Shown: positions 42,829-48,005 of the stretch, piece by piece
Layout: the number at the start of each line of letters is the position of its first letter
Numbering within the stretch: position 1 is the first letter of the stretch
NCBI GenBank assembly: GCA_025453525.1
Contig: JALOQD010000001.1
Location: 1-48,005, forward strand
DNA length: 48,005 nucleotides
DNA from: Myxococcota bacterium
Lineage (GTDB): Bacteria; Myxococcota_A; Polyangia; JAAYKL01
Reading direction: 5' to 3'
Made by a program: the position numbers and the translations under genes
Notes under the pieces: generated by a model
The model's database searches: none
What the model saw: the letters and a program-made list of their open reading frames with translations, nothing else
What the model was told of the DNA's origin: nothing

Positions 42829-43096
42829 AACGACTGCCTCCTTCAAGCCGCTCGCGACTCCAGCAAAGCGCTTCGCTCCTCAACCACTCGATCAAAGAAA
42901 AAGTCTAATGCGAGCACGCGCGTTGTCGAAACACATCGGACACGAGATTGCGGAGCGCCGCGCGCTGCCGCATCTTTCGCCTCTGCGATCGCGCCCCCTT
43001 TCTAAAAGGGCTCTTGTTGTGCGTCCATACAGCGCCGATGATATACTCGCTTGAGCTCGTGGAGCGTTGAGAGCGCTCCTGCAGAAAGAAAACGCC

Positions 43097-44254
43097 ATGG
43101 AACCACAAACCTTTGTTTCAAAAACGTCTCCAGCGGGCTGGTCGTCCCACGCCCTAGCGCTCATGGACGCGGCGGTGTGGAACGTGATGCTGCTGCCGAT
43201 GAGTCGAGTCTGGCCCGAGGGTATCGTTCGCAACACGAGACAGACCCTCGAGGAGCAGGCCGAGGTCTACAACCAAAAGCCGTTTTTCGACGACCCTCGG
43301 ACCTTCTACCCAGAGCCGCAGGCTCCGTCGGTCGAGGAGTGGCACGTCAAGCTCCTCCCCGAAGGCGGGGCGATCGTGGATCTGTCTTTCCCGGCGGGCT
43401 ACGAACCGTTCTACGAAAAATACCGAAAGGAATACGCGGGCTATGTCGAGAACCACACGGCGCGGGCTCGCTGGTTTCGCTCAGCCAGGCCGCGGCCGAC
43501 GCTCCTGTGCCTGCACGGCATGGGCACCGGCCCGTTTGGCTTTGAGACCAAAATGTTCTCGGTGGATAGGTGGCTCGCCGCCGGCCTCGACGTTGTCCTT
43601 TACCAGCTCCCCTTCCACGGCCTCCGGCGACCGGCTGAGGCGCCCACCAGCGCGCTCCTCATCCCCTCGCCTCACCTGTGCCGCACCAACGAGGGATTCC
43701 GCCAGGCCATGTGGGAGCTGGAAGGCCTGATCGCCTGGCTGCGAGCCCAGGGCGCTCCTGCCATCGGCGTGTACGGCTTCAGCTTCGGCGCCTACGTGGC
43801 ATCCTTGCTCTCGACCCTTGTCGCGCCGCTCGATTGGCTGTGGCTGTGCTGTCCGCCGGCATCCATTTCCCATGTGATGTGGCACGGGTGGGGCGAGAAC
43901 GCGGCGCGCCAAAAAGCCGTGCAGGCCGGCATCACCGAGAAGCTTCTCGATGAGGTGTTCGCCGTGCACAGCCCGCTTCTGCGCACGCCGCTTGTGCCCA
44001 CAGAGCGCACTTTCTTCATCGTTGGCCGAGGAGATCGGGTCACCAAGGCCGACCAGGTCGAGCTCCTGTGGGAGCACTACGGCCGGCCGAGGCTGTCCAC
44101 CTTTACGGGTGGCCATGTGGCTCAACTCGGTCGAGACAGAGTCCACGACGAGCTCGAGGAGTGGCTCGCCGACCTCGGAATCACGCCTCGGCGGCGGAGC
44201 TTCACGCAGCGGGTGTCCGAGCTGCCTAGAAAAATCCTCTCCTGGAACCCGTAA
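43097..44254 (+). CDS. Alpha/beta-fold hydrolase, unknown substrate
   Basis: Motifs are LLCLHGMG (oxyanion region) and the nucleophile elbow GVYGFSFGA (GxSxG). C-terminal GRGDRV and GGH are consistent with the Asp/His triad. ATG 43097 is preferred over TTG 43067. Confidence 0.65.
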   Translation: MEPQTFVSKTSPAGWSSHALALMDAAVWNVMLLPMSRVWPEGIVRNTRQTLEEQAEVYNQKPFFDDPRTFYPEPQAPSVEEWHVKLLPEGGAIVDLSFPAGYEPFYEKYRKEYAGYVENHTARARWFRSARPRPTLLCLHGMGTGPFGFETKMFSVDRWLAAGLDVVLYQLPFHGLRRPAEAPTSALLIPSPHLCRTNEGFRQAMWELEGLIAWLRAQGAPAIGVYGFSFGAYVASLLSTLVAPLDWLWLCCPPASISHVMWHGWGENAARQKAVQAGITEKLLDEVFAVHSPLLRTPLVPTERTFFIVGRGDRVTKADQVELLWEHYGRPRLSTFTGGHVAQLGRDRVHDELEEWLADLGITPRRRSFTQRVSELPRKILSWNP

Positions 44255-44255
44255 A

Positions 44256-45434
44256 TCATCCGTAGATCAGGCAGGAGCGGCGAAACTCCTCCCATTGCCG
44301 CTGGCCCTCGAGCCAGGTGACCTCGATATCCCGGGGCAAAGCGCCCTGCTCGATCTGCTTGCGCACAGTGTCGCTGCCGCACAACAGGTCGATGGCCGGG
44401 ATATCCTCAACAAATTCGTAGGGCGCATGCCGCCAGGCAAAGGACGGACCGAGCTCGGCCCAAAGGGCGCACAGGGCCGCCACTCCGCACAAGAGTGGGC
44501 GGAAGGCGCGGGGATCAGTGACATGGAGCGCCAGCCCACCCACGGCGACGCCAGCGTGTTTTTGGAAGGTGGGCTTGTACGACGTGGGCCGCGTGCGAAC
44601 GCCCTCCAGGCCATAGCCATCGAACCTCTGGGCGAGCCGCAGGGGATTGACGCCAGGCGCGCCGAACATCTCGAACGGCCGGGTGGTCCCTCGGCCCTCG
44701 GAAGCGGCGGTTCCCTCGAGCAAGCACATGCCCGGATACACCAGCGCCGTGTCCGCAGTGGGCATGTTCGGGGACGGCATAACCCAGGGCAGACCCGTGT
44801 CGCCAAAGCGCATGGCGCGCCGCCAACCGTCCATGGGCACCACGGTCAGGGCATCGCCGGTCCCCTCGACCTGCGCTGCGAGCTGCACGACCTCCCCAGG
44901 CGTGAGCCCGTGCCGATTCGCCACGCGATGCAGACCCACGAACGACTCGAATCCGGGCTCCTGGGGCGCCCCTTCGACGAGCTCTCCTCCGATGGGGTTG
45001 GGCCGATCGAGCAGCACGAGCGGCACGCCGCCTCGATGGCACACCCGCAGGGCGAGCACCGCGGTCCAGACGAAAGTATAGTACCTCGAGCCAACGTCCA
45101 TGAGATCGACCACCAGAGCATCGAGGCCATCCACCGCCTCTTTGGGCGGCGAAAGGGTCTCGTAGGTCGCTCCGTACAAGCTGAGGAGGGGCAGACCGAG
45201 GGGACCCTTGGACCATCCCTCCACAGGTTCCATGTCTTGGGTTTCGCCTCCAAATCCGTGCTCTGGTCCGAGCAGGAGCTCGACCCGCGCGCCGATGTCC
45301 AGCAGTCTCGGCAGGACGTGGACCAAGCGGCTGTCCACGCTGGCCGGATGGGCGAGCAGCCCGATCCGGCGCCCCTGCACGAGAGACCCTCGTTCTTCGC
45401 ACAGCACCTCGAGGCCCAAACGCACCTTGCCCAT
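44256..45434 (-). CDS. DUF1343-family protein (exo-beta-N-acetylmuramidase NamZ-like)
   Basis: ATG 45434 has SD AAGGAGG 7 nt upstream. Motifs are RIGLLAHPASVD, LLGPEHGF, LVVDLMDVGSRYYTF and LLDRPNP. Confidence 0.75.
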   Translation of the reverse strand: MGKVRLGLEVLCEERGSLVQGRRIGLLAHPASVDSRLVHVLPRLLDIGARVELLLGPEHGFGGETQDMEPVEGWSKGPLGLPLLSLYGATYETLSPPKEAVDGLDALVVDLMDVGSRYYTFVWTAVLALRVCHRGGVPLVLLDRPNPIGGELVEGAPQEPGFESFVGLHRVANRHGLTPGEVVQLAAQVEGTGDALTVVPMDGWRRAMRFGDTGLPWVMPSPNMPTADTALVYPGMCLLEGTAASEGRGTTRPFEMFGAPGVNPLRLAQRFDGYGLEGVRTRPTSYKPTFQKHAGVAVGGLALHVTDPRAFRPLLCGVAALCALWAELGPSFAWRHAPYEFVEDIPAIDLLCGSDTVRKQIEQGALPRDIEVTWLEGQRQWEEFRRSCLIYG

Positions 45435-45610
45435 GCCGCGCCTCCTTTCTTCGAATCGATTCTTGCTTTTGTCCCACCAACTCGTGAAAATATTCATGAA
45501 AAATGATCATAAGAAATACCCATGAACACCACTAAGATCGCGAATCCCGAAAAGGGCCATTTATTTGCCTTTTGGGGGCCTGTCACACGAACGCCACAAG
45601 GGAGCACACG

Positions 45611-46933
45611 ATGAGGCAAACGATTTTAGGAACCTGCATGGTTATGGCGCTGCTGATGGGCGCGGGCTGCAACTCGAACGGCGACAATGGGTCGAACGGC
45701 ATTCGCGACAGCCATGCGGACACGAACGGCACGAGCTCACAGACAGGGAGCACCACGGATTCCCAAACCGCGGTCAACACGGATTCCAATAATGATACCG
45801 ATACTATAGACGACACAAACGACGACACCGACGAGTGCGCGGCCCTGCCGTACGCCATTGAAATCAACCCCATCAACATGCTCATCGTGCTCGATCGCTC
45901 GTACTCCATGCATCTCAGCCACGTCGGCGGCGATACCGACAATCCAAACGACACGTATGCCGCGGTGGTGAGCGATGCCCTCAAGCAGGTGGTCTCCACC
46001 TACGATGCCACAGACCTCATCAACTTCGGCCTGGCCGTGTTCCCGGCCATGGACTGCCCGGCCGGCGAGGACGAGCCCAGCGAGGACGTGCAGTGCAAGC
46101 CCGCTTCCTCGCCAGAGTCGCCCCTCGTGGAGATCGCGGCGGACAACTCGCAATCCATCGAAGATGAACTGGATGCGGTGGGCACCTGCGGCGGCACGCC
46201 CATCTCTGCCTCCCTGACCTGGGCAAAAACGTACATCGACTCCCTGCCCACAGAAATCAAGGCCCAAGACACCTACGTGCTGCTCGCGACCGATGGCGCG
46301 CCCAACTGCAACCCCGACAATAGCTACGACGTGGACAGGTGCGAGTGCACCACGGCCAAGACGCCCCAGAACACGTGCCCTTCCAAGATCCTCTGCCTCG
46401 ACGACAAGGCCACCTACAATGCCGCGTACCAGCTCAAATCGAACGGCAGCAAGGTGTTCGTCATCGGCGTGGGCGACCAACTCGCTCAGTGGGACAGCGT
46501 CATGGACAAGATCGCCTACTGGGGCGGCACAGGCGCCTACTACCCAGCCAACAACCCCGCCACCTTGAGCGCCGTGCTCGAGACCATCACCGGTGCCGCG
46601 GTGGAGTGCACGTTCGACGTGGATTGGACCTCGGTTCCCACCTTCGATGACGAGGGAACCCTCGTCGATAAAAAATGCAACAAGGTGCGGGTGTTTGGCG
46701 TGACCAAGTCGGGTCAGAAGGAGACCATCAACTACTCGTTCGGCTGCGAAGACTCGAAGGGCTGGCAGTGGAAGGGTCTCGACAAAGAGATGGACCCCGA
46801 CGTCGAAGACAAGACGCCTCTCGATCAATGCGGCACCATCGAGCTCTGCCCTGACGCCTGCAAGGAGCTCAAACAGGCGATCTACTCCACCGTCACCGCC
46901 AGCTTCGGTTGCGGCCTCATCCCGGTTCAGTGA
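45611..46933 (+). CDS. Cys-rich vWA-domain lipoprotein (CglB-like adhesin candidate)
   Basis: ATG 45611 has SD AAGGGAG. The signal and lipobox are MRQTILGTCMVMALLMGAGC, followed by an Asn/Asp/Thr tether. The vWA MIDAS is LDRSYSM, GGTPISASL, LLATDGAPN. There are about 16 further Cys residues. Confidence 0.75.
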   Translation: MRQTILGTCMVMALLMGAGCNSNGDNGSNGIRDSHADTNGTSSQTGSTTDSQTAVNTDSNNDTDTIDDTNDDTDECAALPYAIEINPINMLIVLDRSYSMHLSHVGGDTDNPNDTYAAVVSDALKQVVSTYDATDLINFGLAVFPAMDCPAGEDEPSEDVQCKPASSPESPLVEIAADNSQSIEDELDAVGTCGGTPISASLTWAKTYIDSLPTEIKAQDTYVLLATDGAPNCNPDNSYDVDRCECTTAKTPQNTCPSKILCLDDKATYNAAYQLKSNGSKVFVIGVGDQLAQWDSVMDKIAYWGGTGAYYPANNPATLSAVLETITGAAVECTFDVDWTSVPTFDDEGTLVDKKCNKVRVFGVTKSGQKETINYSFGCEDSKGWQWKGLDKEMDPDVEDKTPLDQCGTIELCPDACKELKQAIYSTVTASFGCGLIPVQ

Positions 46934-47031
46934 GCCCGGTCGGGCAACCGCCTCTAGCCTAGTTTCCATCCCGAAATGGGAGTTTTCCGGCGTCCTTCGG
47001 AAAGGCGAGGACTGTTTGAGTTGGATCATTC

Positions 47032-47095
47032 GATGTTCGAGTTTCGCAGCCTTGGAGAAGGATGATGTTCGAGTTTCGCAGCCTTGGAGAAGGAT
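47032..47095. repeat. Perfect 32-bp tandem duplication
   Basis: gatgttcgagtttcgcagccttggagaaggat occurs at 47032-47063 and is repeated exactly at 47064-47095, in non-coding DNA. Confidence 0.95.
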
Positions 47096-47096
47096 G

Positions 47097-47115
47097 CCGA
47101 AAACGGGGTTTTCGG
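47097..47115. other. Perfect 8-bp hairpin abutting the tandem duplication
   Basis: ccgaaaac-ggg-gttttcgg. Confidence 0.5.
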
Positions 47116-47457
47116 GACGACAACTGATATGGACCGACCTGTCAACTGTTCACCAGGCCCTTCGTTCGGAGGCCTTGCTTGAAGGCTTGAGAAAACGAAT
47201 GAAGGCGGATGCTTCGACGACGAATCACACTGATATACGTGGGTTACACCGAGGTGCAGAGCCACATGACTGTTCTCCGTCGGGAGGTTGCGCTGTCTAG
47301 TTTCGCGGGTCCGGTGTTTGCACACCTGCCGAGTAGTTGTGTCGCGCGTTCTCCTGGTCGTACCGCTGTTCATTCGTTTTCTCAGGCCCTCAAGTCCTTT
47401 TTTGTTTTCTTCGTTTCAATTTCCCGACCGACGTAGGCCGGTCGCAAAAGCCGGAAG

Positions 47458-47487
47458 CGGGAAAAGCGCCCCGTTTAAAAGGGGCGC
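47458..47487 (-). terminator. Intrinsic terminator-like hairpin downstream of the IS110-family recombinase gene
   Basis: The minus strand reads GCGCCCC-TTTTAAAC-GGGGCGC followed directly by TTTTCCC. It lies about 100 nt after the recombinase stop (47591). Confidence 0.6.
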
Positions 47488-47590
47488 CCCGCTGTAGGCT
47501 CCCCCGACCGAAGACGCTCTGTCGCTCGACCGGCCGGCGATCTACACCGGGAATCACGGTTGCTCGTTCGTTCAAAAACGTCCACATCTT

Positions 47591-48005
47591 CTAAGCAGCG
47601 TACCGATGATTCAGCACGGCCCAAATGAAGCCAACCAGCTCGCGCGCCACTGCGACCACTGCCACGTTATGCGGCTTGCAGTAGCCCTCCTTGAGCTTGA
47701 AGTATCGGCTGTGCAGGCGCTGCTGCGCCCTGTCCGCGATGGCGAGCACCGCCGCGGGTTGGCCCTCTCGGCGTTTCTTCAGCTCGCCTTTGACCGCCGG
47801 TCTGTGCCGATAGCTCCAGGCCGATTCCACCAGTGCACGCCTCACGTGGCCGTTACCCGCCTTGGTGATGCCACCCTTGCGTTTGCGCTCCGAGCTCGAG
47901 TATTCACTCGGCGTCAACCCCAGGTACGACATCAGCTCGCGCGCGCTTTTGAATCTATTGAAGCCGTGGAGCTCCGCCAAGATGATCATCGCCGTCACGG
48001 TGTCC
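47591..48005 (-). mobile_element. IS110-family (DEDD) transposase/recombinase gene, C-terminal part only (truncated by the window edge)
   Basis: The translation ...TAMIILAELHGFNRFKSARELMSYLGLTPSEYSSSERKRKGGITKAGNGHVRRALVESAWS... matches the Transposase_20 (IS116/IS110/IS902) C-terminal domain pattern. The frame stays open to position 48005. Confidence 0.85.

Noticed and set aside
47016-47497. Small ORFs (69-115 aa, both strands) in the IS-flanking region.
   Set aside because: They have no SD and no recognisable motifs. They overlap each other on both strands in lower-GC DNA. One is created partly by the 32-bp duplication. They were treated as non-coding.

Overview
GC-rich, densely coding bacterial chromosomal window with about 35 protein genes (mostly on the minus strand), 2 tRNAs and one IS fragment. 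All calls come from reading the supplied translations and the DNA by eye; no searches were run. Several signatures suggest Myxococcota (inference): a MYXO-CTERM-like tag, an AgmX/PglI-type TonB-like tail, a DUF2378-like ORF, D-N-D-C-D-G repeats, and Thr/Asp/Gly/Glu-rich tethers after lipoboxes.

Layout from left to right:
- An MsbA-like ABC exporter, convergent with a 3101-codon secreted mega-ORF. The mega-ORF reads vWA head, about 31 DNDCDG-type repeats, an internal sorting-signal junction, an FGE-sulfatase-like domain and a beta-rich tail.
- A divergent Wzm/Wzt-like ABC-2 transporter.
- A 42-Cys modular lipoprotein and a divergent membrane protein.
- A seven-gene co-directional block with four ATGA overlaps: acidic lipoprotein, DUF3783-like, TldD, PmbA, DEDD-like/GIY-YIG nuclease, PD-(D/E)xK + XPD/DinG Fe-S helicase, DUF2378-like.
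- purL (PurS-fused) and purQ.
- A PC4-like ssDNA-binding protein.
- A patatin phospholipase with a degenerate receiver-like N-terminus, convergent with an HTH + receiver-like protein.
- A tRNA-Val / headless CCA-enzyme-like HD protein / HD protein / panD / tRNA-Leu(UAA) string.
- A class II aldolase and a small secreted protein.
- hflX, nagZ, and a lipoprotein mini tetrahaem c3-like cytochrome.
- An FHA + PglI-type TonB-like protein with two ExbD and one ExbB (Agl/Tol-like motor).
- An alpha/beta hydrolase and NamZ (DUF1343).
- A Cys-rich vWA lipoprotein (CglB-like).
- A lower-GC non-coding stretch with a perfect 32-bp tandem duplication, abutting the 3' part of an IS110-family recombinase gene cut by the window edge.

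The most unusual items are:
- the in-frame MYXO-CTERM-like tag plus lipoprotein signal in the middle of the mega-ORF
- the multi-nuclease/helicase operon
- the motor/adhesin neighbourhood
- the c3-like lipoprotein
- the modular 6-Cys lipoprotein
- the long structured 3' flank of the IS110 recombinase
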